Made by a program: the position numbers and the translations under genes. A DNA stretch of 64,000 nucleotides from Dimorphilus gyrociliatus (taxonomy: Eukaryota > Animalia > Annelida): contig CAJFCJ010000019.1 in assembly GCA_904063045.1 (NCBI GenBank), forward strand, positions 3,044,684 to 3,108,683. The letters are read 5' to 3'. Below, piece after piece: positions 1 through 12,275 of this stretch. Position 1 is the first letter of the stretch; the number at the start of each line of letters is the position of its first letter. The notes beneath the pieces are model-generated. The model did not search any database, had not been told where the DNA came from, and saw only the letters and a program-made list of their open reading frames with translations.

Positions 1-451
1 ACTTGATTGAAGAGAACAATAAACAAACAACAAAACACAATATTAACCTCTAAATGTCCAAAAGTTTGAATAAGGGGTATCACTTCTAAATGCAATTTTT
101 TAGCTTCTGCTAAGATTTGTTCAACATTTTCTTTTGTATATGCCTCACTATTTGATAAAAACTTCAAATTATCAAAATAGGGAAATGTATCCTCGTATTC
201 CATTAGTAAACCGGTACAACCCCATTCTTTTAGTAGAGGTAAAATCTTTTAAAAGCGATTTGGAAGTGTTTAATCAACGTATAGATTCTCTATTTTGGAT
301 TACCTGAACTATATAAGAAATCTTTGGAGGAGCACCTTTCAAATCCAAGTGAACAATTCTGAAAAAGATTCCACAAATACCACTTAAAAAGCATGCTTTA
401 ATAAATTAGATTGTAGACGACTAAATGGAACCTGTGACAATTTATAGCCAT
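1..451 (-). CDS. HEXD: Hexosaminidase D (GH20), 5' part; gene continues past the window start
   Basis: Exons 432-451, 304-358 and 48-245 splice (GT-AG) to MAINCHRIVHLDLKGAPPKISY...GLLMEYEDTFPY...LEVIPLIQTFGHLE, matching the HLDLKGAPP, EYED.FPY and PL.QTFGH.E motifs of HEXDC. The start codon is uncertain. Confidence 0.88.
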
Positions 452-1602
452 CCCCTTATTCTACAAAAGAGACTAAAGAGAGTTTTGATGAAAAGCTCTA
501 TCAATCGGAAGGTCTCAATGAATATAATGTATTTTCGCTCATTTATGCTACTGCCACCTGCAGCTTATTATTTTTTTTTAAAACATCTTCTCATCTATTG
601 CCACTAGCTAATTTAATTTAACTTATTTAATCTTTAAAAATGCTTAGTTATCCTAGCAGTGCTGTTGAAAAAAGAAAAACAATCAAATTTTTATAAACAC
701 TTGAACCTTTAAGCAGAATTGATTTTATACCGAAATTGTAAATTCTAGGAATTGTTACCTTCGGAGATTATCATTATTATTTTCTTTTTTATCGAATAAA
801 ACAATATGATTTAATGTTCTTATTTTAGAAAAGGGATAAGGGAGTTTTCAAGTGTGAATTATTTAGTGAGTGTTCATTGAAAATTCACGTATGGTCAAAA
901 GATTGATATTCTATAGGGTAATTACAAACAGAAAGTCGGAAAATAAATTTTTAAGTAGGGGTAAACACGAAAATCTTTGGTATTAATACGCTCGCAAAGT
1001 CAAGTAATATTGACGAATACTTGTGCTACAAAAAAGACCTGATAACTATTGAATACCAGAGCCAAACAATACTTTGTTTGTCAATCAGTTATTGAGCCGT
1101 TTCAAATCGTAATCATTCTGCATCCATTAGCAACCACTTATCGTTCTGCCAGTTGACGAACGGAACGTTCAGTGTTTATGTTAGGATAATAATCATGAAG
1201 TGGTCGTAGACGCTATGTAAACATCGAAATGAGTTTAAGAAAACGTCGGCTTGTTAGTATTATGGATACTAATGGGTAATAAAAGAGCTTCTTTACATTA
1301 AATAAACCTTTAATTTAATTGAGATTGCTGTTAGTAATTGCTATTATAAACAACGTAAGATTAACGATATTGCAGAATAATAAAAACGCCTGATGAAACT
1401 GTTAACTTGCCATATATAACGTGCACCAGTTTAGAAAAACTTAATAAGGTTGGTATTGGTTGTTGAACATTTTAATTTTTATTTGGAGATTAATTCTATA
1501 ATATCACACTAATCCTATTTACGGTTGGATTATATACTCTATTGTAGGTAATATTACGACTCGGTTATTCTATACATTTGTGTCATTTATGGTTTATAGA
1601 AC

Positions 1603-1689
1603 ATGAAGGTTCCAAATTCCGCTCCTAGACCTTTAGGTTATGTTCCTATACCACCCGTAAAGCTTGAATACATATCAAGATCTAAGGAG
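1603..1689 (+). CDS. Candidate alternative first coding exon of DYRK4 (MKVPNSAPRPLGYVPIPPVKLEYISRSKE)
   Basis: ATG, 29 codons, then a phase-0 donor (GAG|gtatgc) compatible with the phase-0 acceptor at 3226. Confidence 0.55.
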
Positions 1690-2768
1690 GTATGCTAGTT
1701 TTTCATGTAATATATACTTGTTATTTTACCATGCCTACCTATCAATTTACGATAATCAATAAAGCCATACATTACGGCTCCGTTTCATATACTATAATTT
1801 AAATAGATGTAAAAGTTACAAAGAAAACCTGTCAGAGCGAGCTTTACGTAATTATGTTATTAGTTTTGGCCTGTTTTTTTCTTTTCACCACTTCCTTACT
1901 GGTTTAATAAGATTGTATATCTTAAAAGAAATACATATCGTCTAACAATATAGTGTTTCAATTAATCAATTCAACGGTAAGTCCATAATATACAGTTAGT
2001 TTGATAAGTGTTAGAATGCCACCGAAATCATGGGTCTCTATTTTATGGTATCAGATGCAAATAAGAAACGAAAATGAATTTCCGGCGGCAACCATAATTA
2101 AAAGACCTAGGGCTGCTAAGTATACATCTAAACAATTGTTTGAGGTTTGTTTGTTTGTTAGTAAATCTTTTAAAATTAACGCCATCTATAATTTGACTTA
2201 ATGAACCGTTATTAAACACATTTTAAGATCTTTTCAAAAAATAATCGGATTGATTTAATACTTTAATCCGAAAGGTTAATCCAAAAATACTGTTCTTATA
2301 ATGTAATATGGTTTGGGAAGAGAAAATTAAAGGGCATTTAGTAGATAATAGCTAAGAAAGTCCAGCTAGAACTAATTTCTCTTTTTTTTCTCCGCCATGA
2401 AATGACAAACACAATAACTTTAAATTTTTAAGTAGGTCATTTGCTGTTCGACTGAATTTAGAGGGACAATTTTATATCGAACAAGTATTCTTTATTAATT
2501 TTTATAAAGCCTTTATATGTTCGCTCAACCGAAACAAAAAAAAAATTAAATTCGTTTTACGTATTACGAGATTATCAAAATGGACCAGATTCTATATCTC
2601 ATTTCGGAAGCAATTGTCCATGCATATGGCTGTTGTGCGATTGCTCCGTTGTTTCCATAGATATACGATATATTATTCGCATTTCATTATTATTATTATT
2701 GATGCCGAGCACGCTTAGTAACTGGAGGTTGTCGTCTCTTAGCTAAAGCATCCTAAAAGTAATCATTA

Positions 2769-2858
2769 ATGTCTTTGGATTGGAGATTTCGAGTGGCCAG
2801 CGGGGATGCGACCTCTCGTAAACTTTCCTTTAAGGTTGCGTTAACAAAATCCAACCAG
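2769..2858 (+). CDS. Candidate alternative first coding exon of DYRK4 (MSLDWRFRVASGDATSRKLSFKVALTKSNQ)
   Basis: ATG, 30 codons, then a consensus phase-0 donor (CAG|gtaagt) compatible with the acceptor at 3226. Confidence 0.65.
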
Positions 2859-3136
2859 GTAAGTTAAAACAACCCTCAGGCGCGATCGCAAAATTATTAT
2901 GTTTACCAGGGATTAAAATAGAATGGATTTAAATCTACTAATCCTTCTTGCTCCCAGTAGTTCGAGTTGCTAGTCATATACAGTTTAGATAGAGAAATAA
3001 AGGTAGTATGAAATAAGTTTGAGGTGCGTTTCGATTGAAATTAAAAGTAAATAATAAATGAAATCACTAGCACGCGACGGCTTGTCGCTTTTATTGCCGC
3101 TAGAGAAGGTTAGAAAACTCTAGTGAATATTTCAAG

Positions 3137-5338
3137 ATGGAGAGGAAGATTCATTTTTCCTATCAATATCAAAAGGTGATTATTTTTAAAGACTATTAAC
3201 GCTAAGATTATCATATTTCTTTCAGAATACTCAGCATAATCCAACTTATAAAACTCACCATCGGATTAACGCCTCAGACACATCTCAACTCTCAGCATTA
3301 CCCTTAAGTAAAAATACCAATAAACTAAGTAAAAGCACATATCATCATGTTCATCCTCCAGAAGTAAGTTTTTTTAATAAAAAAAAAAACTTGCATTTTC
3401 TATTATTTATAATTAAATTCCATCCTTTCAAACAGCAAAAAGCGAATATCGCTAATATGCAACTTCCTCATCTTCATGGTTCTCATCACAGTAAATCCGA
3501 AGGGCTTCCTCATCTGCAAAAACAGAACGCCAGTCAACCGTCATTTAACATTAATAAATCTCATAAAGAATGGAATAAGACTGATCATAATACGTCAAAT
3601 AGTCCCCAACAATCTATGACGCCTGCTGAATGCTTAAAACAGTTCAGACATCGATTGACTGTGTTTGAACAATCAGAAATACTTGATTATCCTGATGTAT
3701 TCTTCCTTGGTTTAGATGCTAAAAAAATCGACGGTGTCCAAGGACAAGGACAAAATAACGGATACGACGACGAAAATGGATCATACTTGAAAGTTATGCA
3801 TGACCACTTAGCCTATAGATATGAAATGTTGGAAGTTCTTGGAAAAGGATCGTTTGGCCAAGTTGTTAAATGTATTGATCATAAAACAGGAGGTATAGTA
3901 GCTGTGAAGATAATCCGTAATAAAAAGCGATTTCATCACCAAGCGCTAGTAGAAGTTAAGATATTAGACGCATTAAGAAGAAAAGACAAAGATAATGGTC
4001 ATAACGTAATACATATGGGAGAATATTTCTATTTTAGGAATCATCTCTGCATAACTTTTGAGCTTATGGGGTAAATTGATTCATTTATCTATACATGATT
4101 TCACCATCAATACTTTTGCAGAATCAACTTATATGAATTAATTAAGAAAAATAATTTTCAAGGGTTTAGCTTGTCTTTAATCCGAAGATTTGCAATTAGT
4201 TTGTTGATATGTATGCGCCATCTACACGCAGAAAAGATTATACATTGCGATTTAAAACCTGTAAGATATATCCCGCATGTAAGACGATATATATGTAATA
4301 GCTCATATTTTCATTTTCAGGAAAATATCCTATTGAGGCAACGAGGTCAAAGTTCAATAAAAGTAATAGATTTTGGTTCATCTTGTTACGAACATCAGCG
4401 AGTGTACACATACATTCAATCTCGATTTTATCGTTCACCAGAAGTTATACTTGGTCTTCCTTATTCTATGCCTATTGATATGTGGTCATTGGGTTGTATT
4501 TTAGCTGAATTATACACAGGTTACCCTTTGTTCCCGGGAGAAAATGAGGTTGAACAGCTGGCCTGTATAATGGAAATATTCGGTCTTCCACCTCAAAATG
4601 TTTTGGATCAAGCCTCAAGACGCAGATTATTTTTCGGTTGGTTCTGTTATATAGTATATAATTTAATAACTAAAAATGGCCTCTAACTTTCTCTCGAACA
4701 GATTCGAAAGGTTGCCCAAGAACAATAACAAACAGTAAGGGTAAAAAGAGGAGACCGTCTACAAAAGACTTGGCTTCTGTTCTTAAAACGAATGATGCAA
4801 ACTTTCTCGATTTTTTAAGGCGATGTCTCGAATGGGATCCTGTGAAAAGAATGACTCCTGATGAAGCTATGGATCACGATTGGATACGAGAAGGAATCCA
4901 AAATAAAATGAGATCTAACAATGCACCGCCTCCAGCTCAGTCGCGTATTCAACAATCTCGTCTTATCAGGAAAGCAGAGCACAAACAACTCGTATTGAGA
5001 GGTAAAGTCAACAAATTTTACACATGAAGAGAGTCATACTTTTAAATTCGACAGATCGAACGAATATTGATGATAAATGGAATAAAGACAAAACGATTAA
5101 AACGAATACGCATACTCAAGAAAGACTTCAGCCTATAGGCGCATCAGCAGAGCATAAATTTGACGAAAGTAGACCCACAAGTAAGATTATATTCATTTTT
5201 TAATAGATATTTACTTTAATCTAATTAACAGCTCAGGGGAAAAAGTCATCTCTAGCAAAGGTTGAAAGAAATTCCCTAAAATCGGGTTCAATGGAGAGTG
5301 AAGAACAAAAATTTTTACCGCCTATAGCGGGAAAATAA
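3137..5338 (+). CDS. DYRK4: Dual-specificity tyrosine-regulated kinase, class 2 (DYRK4-like)
   Basis: Exons 3137-3175, 3226-3363, 3436-4070, 4122-4260, 4321-4636, 4702-5001, 5055-5180, 5232-5338. Contains a DH box (YDDENGSY), [22 protein letters not shown], the YTYIQSRFY activation loop and a C-terminal FLPPI. Confidence 0.92.
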
Positions 5339-5905
5339 AAAGTGCATTTTTGTCTAAAATACTCATTCTGCAGTTTAAAGTTTGGTTTTGATTCACTGTG
5401 TGGACTTTACTGTTTTTTTTTAAGCAATCTAAAGATTTTCTGATTTACTATTTGCGTTTTCAGCAGTATTAAGTTGCTCTTTGTATTGATTTTTTAAAAA
5501 TCAATGCTTTAAGATTTCTTTTCGAGATTTTTCTTAGCCTAAGAAAAACATTACAAACAATTTATTTCGTTTATATTACAAACCTTGTAGTTTATTTGTT
5601 TTTTTCGTGATTTGTTTCGATTTTTCGTAATTTCGTTTTCTTTCGATAAAAAAAGCAATTCTATTTCTACATTTCGATTTCATTTTGTATTAGAAATAGA
5701 AAATTTGTTACTTACCGACTTTTTATACTGTTTTCAATTTGTGTGACTATTTTACGCTTTAATTTCAAATAAAGACTGTTGAAAAACCGTTTTTTATCTT
5801 ACATCAAAGAAAATGTAATTGAAAAATATAGAAGGAGGTTGTTTAAGTAAAAAAGAAAAGAAAAAACAACGAATGAAACATATACAATTGAGAAAAATGA
5901 TAATC

Positions 5906-8790
5906 TCATTTTAAATCATCTTTGAGTTTTTCTAGTTGGTCTAACACACGATAAAATTCATTTCTATTGTCTTCGATAAAGCGTTTCTTCTCCTCGATAA
6001 AATTTGTCAGCTTATGAGCTTGTTCAACAAAGTATGAACTTCTTTTCCGGCCCAATTCTTCTGCCTCCGCTAATTTATCCTATGAAAAAAAAAACAATTT
6101 AGGAAACTCTCTACTTTTATTTGCAAAATTTTTATACAAAAACCTTGGTTAATTGAATAAAAAGCTCCTTCTCCGTTTTAATTTCTGATATTTCCAACAT
6201 ATATTCTTTTTCCAACATATCCTTCACTTTCGTATGCTCTTCCAACTTACATTTCAAAGAGAAATTAAACTCTTTTATATCAGCATTATGGGTAGTTAGT
6301 AATTTTACGATTTGAGTCATATCAGATTTTATAGAATTATTATTCTCCTCCACTTCTCTGAGCTCATTTAAAGCGTCAGAATATTGCTGTCATAATGGAA
6401 GATAATTTTTAGTAAATAACAAAATTTAATGAATTTCTTACCTCTTTTAAACTTTGATCTTTTTTCAGAATGTTTGTTAATTTTCTATCTATGCTTTCAA
6501 GGCCGTTTTTAATTTTCAGATGCTCTAATCCAGTCTAGAAATAAATGTTTTTAGTACCATTTTATACAATACTTGTGCAAAAAGTACACCTACTTTATAT
6601 AAAGCTTGTTCACATTCTCCAATTCTATCTTGAGTTTTCTTAAATCCTCGCTGAATTTCATCTCTTTTTCCCTTTAATTGATTCTGATTACAGATTAAAA
6701 TTAAAATTACAATTATTCTTGATAGGGAACAAGATATATACCCAGATCTTATCGAAAAACTCTCGCATCTCTAATTCATTCTGTTGAACTAGTTTGGCGT
6801 ACAAATTTGTAATAATTAAACTTGTTTTTACATGAGAAGCTATGCCAGGAAAAGCATCGGGCAAGGAAGGATCCAACAGATTTCTATCAGCTATCTTATT
6901 ATTGTAGCGTATTACACTCTTTTTTAATACTTCCAATTTTCGGCTAAACTGCAAAGAGAGAACTTCTTGGGCATCATATCGTTCATTTTCCACAGCTTCA
7001 ACAATAGCTTGAAATTCTTCCCTTACTCTCTCTGTATGCTCTTCCATAGCCTTCCATTTTTGTACAGTTAGATTTTTTTCTTTCAAAATTTGTTTACAAG
7101 CAGCAGCATCAGCTTGTGCGTGAGCCATTTCATTATCTATATTTAGAATGTGTTAAGAAATTGATTTAGATATTTAAACGAAATAAACCTAATTCTTTCT
7201 CGTAATCTAAGGCAGTTTGAAGTAAAGTTTCAAGCGATTCAATCTCTGAACGGATTTCTGAAAGGTCATTCTCTAGCACTTTTACTTCTGCAGCAGATTG
7301 TCGAAGCTCCATTTCAAGTTCTTTTGTGCAATCATTCTCGGCTTCCTCCGTCATTTGTAATATTTCATTTTGCACAGATTCTAAATCACTTATTTCTTCC
7401 GAACAATCATAGTCTGCCACTTATTTTTAAAAAAAGATTTTAATATAATTTAGCCATTCAACCTATTGTTAAATACTTAATGTTTAAAAGCATTAGTTAA
7501 CGAGCAATTGTCCCTATTTACAGTGTTTATTTAATGCTATTTAAACATTATGTAAATATCTTTTTTTTGATACATACATAATTCTTTTTCGAACTTTTCC
7601 CTCTCGTCTGAAAAATCATCTGCTCCTTGCAGATACAAGGCGTAAGTTTTTTGAAAGTAATCTCGAAGAAGCTTAATATAAAATATATTTAAAAAAGATT
7701 GCAGATGAATCTTATAAGTTTAACTAACCCAATTTTGATCGTCAGGAACCATCATTTCATTGGTCGATGTCATATCCATTTCATTTTCATTAACAAGAAT
7801 TCGGCGGAACCAGTCGAAGAAACCAAGCAATTGAGGCCAACTGAATTGATTACCGACAGAATATAACGTTGATTTGGTTATATTCGCTTTGTAACCCAAT
7901 GATTTTATAATTTGGATTACTTCTTCGTCTGATTTCGATCCAAATTTGAAGGCCATATTAAGTTGAGAGTACATAAACTAAAAAAGAATCAATAGAATAA
8001 TTATATTTAACTAATTAAAAAGGTTTTGTATCACTTGAAATAAGTCCAAAAATATTTTCTTTGATGGTGCTCTCAACTGTTGTAATGTATAGCTTTCAAC
8101 AAATCCTACATCTCTTAGATACTGAAAAGTATAGAAAAGATAAATATCACGAAATTATAAACTTTTCATCTTACCCTCATCAAATCTTGCAAAGCTCTAT
8201 CTCGAAAAGCTTTGTCATTAAGCGGTCGTGGATCTTTAATAGTTTCGTATCCTCCTCTTTTGTTTATACTTACGCTGCTTCTTCGGCTTGTACTAAACCT
8301 CTCCATGTTTTTTCCCCTAATTTCATTAAGGTATTTTTAAATAAATAGCAATATCCCAATGTTTTTTAAATTGATGTTTGAATTACAAGTTTAGTTTTGA
8401 ATGTCAAGTGAATAATAATATATTTAGGTTAGACCAGGAAATGAAATGTTGTTTTTCTTACATCTGATTTGTATCAATATTAAGTGTTTCTAAGGCTCTT
8501 GGAGGACGAACCGTACTGTGCCTAAAAGTAGAATCCTTACTTCGTGAGCGTCGGTGATTACTACTTTGCCTCCCATCTGTAGGAAAAAATTCTTAAATAG
8601 TTGTCTTTAAAGGTAACTCAAAGGAAATATTTAATCAATTTATTTAGAATAACGGCTGAAACCGTTTACTAATCTCATTCATTATCGCTCAAAAGTCTTA
8701 TAATTACATAAAAAACAATTCAATATACAAATCGATAATAAAAATTTACTCTTTTACAAAAATATGAAAATACTAACGATATTGAGACAT
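5906..8790 (-). CDS. NDC80: Kinetochore protein NDC80/HEC1
   Basis: KDPRPLNDKAF motif (about 8200-8235), CH-domain segment IIKSLGYKANITKSTLYSVGNQFSWPQLLGFFDW, and long coiled-coil exons. Upstream exons 8778-8790 and 8462-8576 splice in frame to extend the basic N-tail. An in-frame ATG at 8306 is an alternative start. Confidence 0.88.
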
Positions 8791-8834
8791 AGCTTTGAAT
8801 ATTTGACGCCTTCTGCCTTAAGTATATTGTGAAA

Positions 8835-8849
8835 CGCGGCAAATTTGAA
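8835..8849 (+). promoter_or_regulatory. CDE/CHR tandem element (CGCGG-CAAA-TTTGAA) in the NDC80/CENPJ bidirectional promoter
   Basis: Matches the CDE + 4-nt spacer + CHR arrangement known from G2/M gene promoters, and lies between two head-to-head mitotic genes. Confidence 0.6.
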
Positions 8850-9039
8850 TAAATACGAATGTTTTACTGGTTTTCAAAGGTAAAGAAAGAATATAAAATA
8901 AGTGCGGAGCTGGCATTATTTACTACATGCAGCTTACGAACTCACAACATCGCACAAGTTTTTCACTAAATCAAATTCACTAATTCTCAAATACGGGATT
9001 CAGTGTTTTAATATAAATATCATTAAGCTCTTTCTTAAC

Positions 9040-11894
9040 ATGGATGATAATGGCACTAAAATTAATTCCAGTACCCAAAACTTGAAATTGAATAGTTCTC
9101 TTAATTCAGATGCAATACGAGGTTGGTTGTCTATTATCTCTTGCGCATGATCGCTAAATATTAATTTATTCAGGCGATTCTAAGATTTCTCTGGCTCTCA
9201 AAGCGCTGAAATCTTCTCTCAAAGGAACAAGCGGAGCGAGTCCAGATGCAACTATTGCTGCAATGTTATCAAGCGACAATGATTTAACAGATGATGATAA
9301 AGGACCGATCCCTCTTAACTTTTCTGAAACAGATTCGGTTAGGTTTATATCAATTATGAGATATTAGCTATTAAAGAAATATGTGTGTTAGAATTCGATA
9401 TATAAAACAATGAACTTTTAGCCTGATATAGTTATATAATAAATGTAATAATTATAGGAGGACTCATCCACGAGTATTGAAAGTAGAACTGATCAGGAAT
9501 CTCTGAAGGTAGAAAATAAATCTAGTCAACAAAATAATAAAGCTGACTGGGATGAGAAACCAGTTTGTGGAGAGAAAAAAACTTTTGAGGAAATCTTAGA
9601 AGAGAAATTGAAATTACTAGAGGTATTATATAATACAGTTTAAATATTCATTTTAATCACTTTTTATTAATTATTAATACAGAAACAGCCCAAAGCTTTC
9701 AGTATTGGTGATGTGTCTTTTAACCAAAGAATGCAAGATATAGCAGTTGAGGAGGAGGTTGAGTATTTTAAGCTTTAAATAAGAATTAACATATATTTCT
9801 GTATAAATTCAGCATAATGAGAGTGAGTTAAGACGGTTCGAGCAACTGGAAGAGTTTGCAAACGAGAATGGTTCTTTTGTAAGCAATACGGCTGAAACAA
9901 AAGTCTCTGATTTTGGAGATCAAGAAAGTATATGGGAAAACGAAGCTGACATTGAAACTCAAGTCGCTATACTTGATGGTAAATAAGCGTTATTTTTTGT
10001 TTAGTTCTATGAAACTGAATAAGATTATTTCTAGATACAATTGTTGAAGACGAGATAGACGATTTTAATGAGTCTACAGTCAGCGAGAAAGATGTTAAAT
10101 TTGAAACATCTAAAACTGCTGCTATTACAGAAAATTGTCCAGCTGCACCGTCCAATATTGTTAGTTTTAATTATAACTTCTTTTATTTTGAATTCTAAAG
10201 TACAAAAATTTATGTCTTCTAGGTAAATAATCCTGAACCTGATAGCCAAGTAGATCATGCAATGGTTCAAACTTTAGTTGAAAAAATGAAATCTTTAGAC
10301 GCTGAAATCTCTCGCTTTAAGTTACTCAACTCAACCCTAAAAGATAATTTAAAAAATGTTGAGCAGGTAAGATTGTAAGCAAAAATGTTGTAAGATTAAA
10401 ACAGTTTAGATGATATTTATTAGGAGAAAGATTCTCTGGCAAAAGCAAAAAGTCAAATTTTTAAAGAAAAAGAAGAAGAACTAGCAAATTTAAAGAATAA
10501 ATGGGCTGATGAAAATAAAAAAGTAAGGAATTATAATTCTATTAAAGGTCAAAGAAACTGGTATAAATAATTTGTTTATAGTTAATCAATGAAAGACGTC
10601 TCCTCGAACTACAACGGAATTCTCTAGGATCAGCCCAGACCAAACAATTTAGGCAAGAAATCGAAAATTTACGCAAACAACTTAAAGATGTAGAAGAAAA
10701 AAGAGATGCTGAAAAAACTAGAACTCGAAATAAAGAAAAACGGCTTGAAAACCGTATTTTACTCCTTGAAAATGAAAACAAGGAACTCTCAGAAGCTTTG
10801 AAGCAGAGGGAGTCTCAACGATTAGGATCTTGGAAAAATGGAACAAATATAGATCGAAATTCAATCAATTCTGCAAATAATGACATTCCCAATTCTAAAC
10901 CAGATAAAATTTCAAAGCCGACTCTAGAAAGGACTCGGATGAGATCAAGTAGTCCAATTTCATCTGACGTTTTGAAGTCAAATGGGCCTCTTCCGTAAGA
11001 AATTTTTTCTAATGTATTATGTTTAAAATACATTTAGTTACCTTTTGTAGATCGCCTCTAAATAGAGATGTTAAAACTCAGCCAACACCTGGTTCCAGTC
11101 GAAAAACCTATATTAGGTAAATTAAATTAATTATTATATACACTATATATTCTAATTGATTATAAATCTTTCTTTAAAGCACATCAATGGTGTTTCCTAG
11201 TCTAGAAGGAAAATTTGAAGAAGCAAAACATACAGATGGAAAGGTTATAGTTAGAATGCATCTAATCGACTTTCTTAATGATTTTTATCATTTCTTAGCT
11301 TGAACGTATATTTGAAAATGGAGCGAGGGAAATTATTTTTCCTAATGGAAGCAAGAAAACGATATCCTCTGATGGATTTAAAACACTTATATCTTTTTTT
11401 AATGGAGATTGGAAATTGGACGATAAGGATAAATCTGTATATTTTTACAAAGTTGACGAAACTCTTGTCACAACTCATCAAAATGGAGTAAGAGTTTTAG
11501 AGTTTAAAGACGGCCAAGTAGAGAAGCACTACCCCGACGGAACGAAGGAAGTTACCTTTGACGATAGTACATATAAACTGCTTCTACCGAGTGGTATCCA
11601 GGAATGTATTTATCCAAATGGGACAGTTGTACGCGAGGAACCAGAAACAGCTCAAAAATTATTACTTTTGCCGAACGGTCAGAGGGAAGTTCACTCCGCG
11701 GAATATAAAGTATGCTCTTATTAAATACAATATTTTATCCTATTAAGCAAGTGTTCAAACAGCGTCGGGTCTATCCGGACGGAACAATAAAAACGGTCTA
11801 CGCAGATGGTCGGCAAGAAACTCAATATTCTAATGGTCGTTTACGAGTAAAAGATAAAGATGGAAATATAGTTGTCGATAAGTTTATATCATGA
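9040..11894 (+). CDS. CENPJ: Centriole protein CENPJ/CPAP/SAS-4
   Basis: Multi-exon. Contains a PN2-3-like [12 protein letters not shown] segment, a coiled coil and a C-terminal TCP/G-box repeat domain ([10 protein letters not shown]...[38 protein letters not shown]). Confidence 0.9.
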
Positions 11895-12275
11895 CTGGTG
11901 CTTTCTAACTTTCAATTTGTTGTTTTGATTACAATTTCAAATCCAATAAAAAATTCATAACTCTCTGGAAAAAGGAGACTTTAATCTCTTAGCCCGTCTC
12001 AGAAATAAAAATGTGTAGGAATTGATTAAAATCAGAATTAGATAAAATTAAAAATGCTAAGTATTGTAAGAAAAGGTTTGAAAACGAATCTTATTGCATT
12101 GCAAGATTGAAAATGGCGGTAATTTTGAGGAAGCGGAAGTTGTATCAGTGTCAAGGCCATATTATCAGATGATGGCCTTTTCAATGAAAACGTTTATTAT
12201 CATTATACATTTGTAAGGAACTACCTTTATGGATAGATTGTTAAAGCTATGTGTGCTGTGATGCTAACATCTTTT

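Noticed and set aside
425-2201. Short ORFs 425-607 and 2001-2201 from the track
   Set aside because: No recognisable motifs, AT-rich composition and weak starts. 425-607 is antisense to the HEXD 5' region.
5340-5900. T-rich low-complexity stretch between DYRK4 and NDC80
   Set aside because: Consistent with ordinary convergent 3' UTRs (AATAAA near 5768); no repeat unit or element structure.
8061-8348. Plus-strand ORF overlapping NDC80, and similar antisense ORFs over SMC2, IFT140, PCSK7, LRRC58 and cathepsin F
   Set aside because: Shadow ORFs opposite real coding exons, with no independent evidence.
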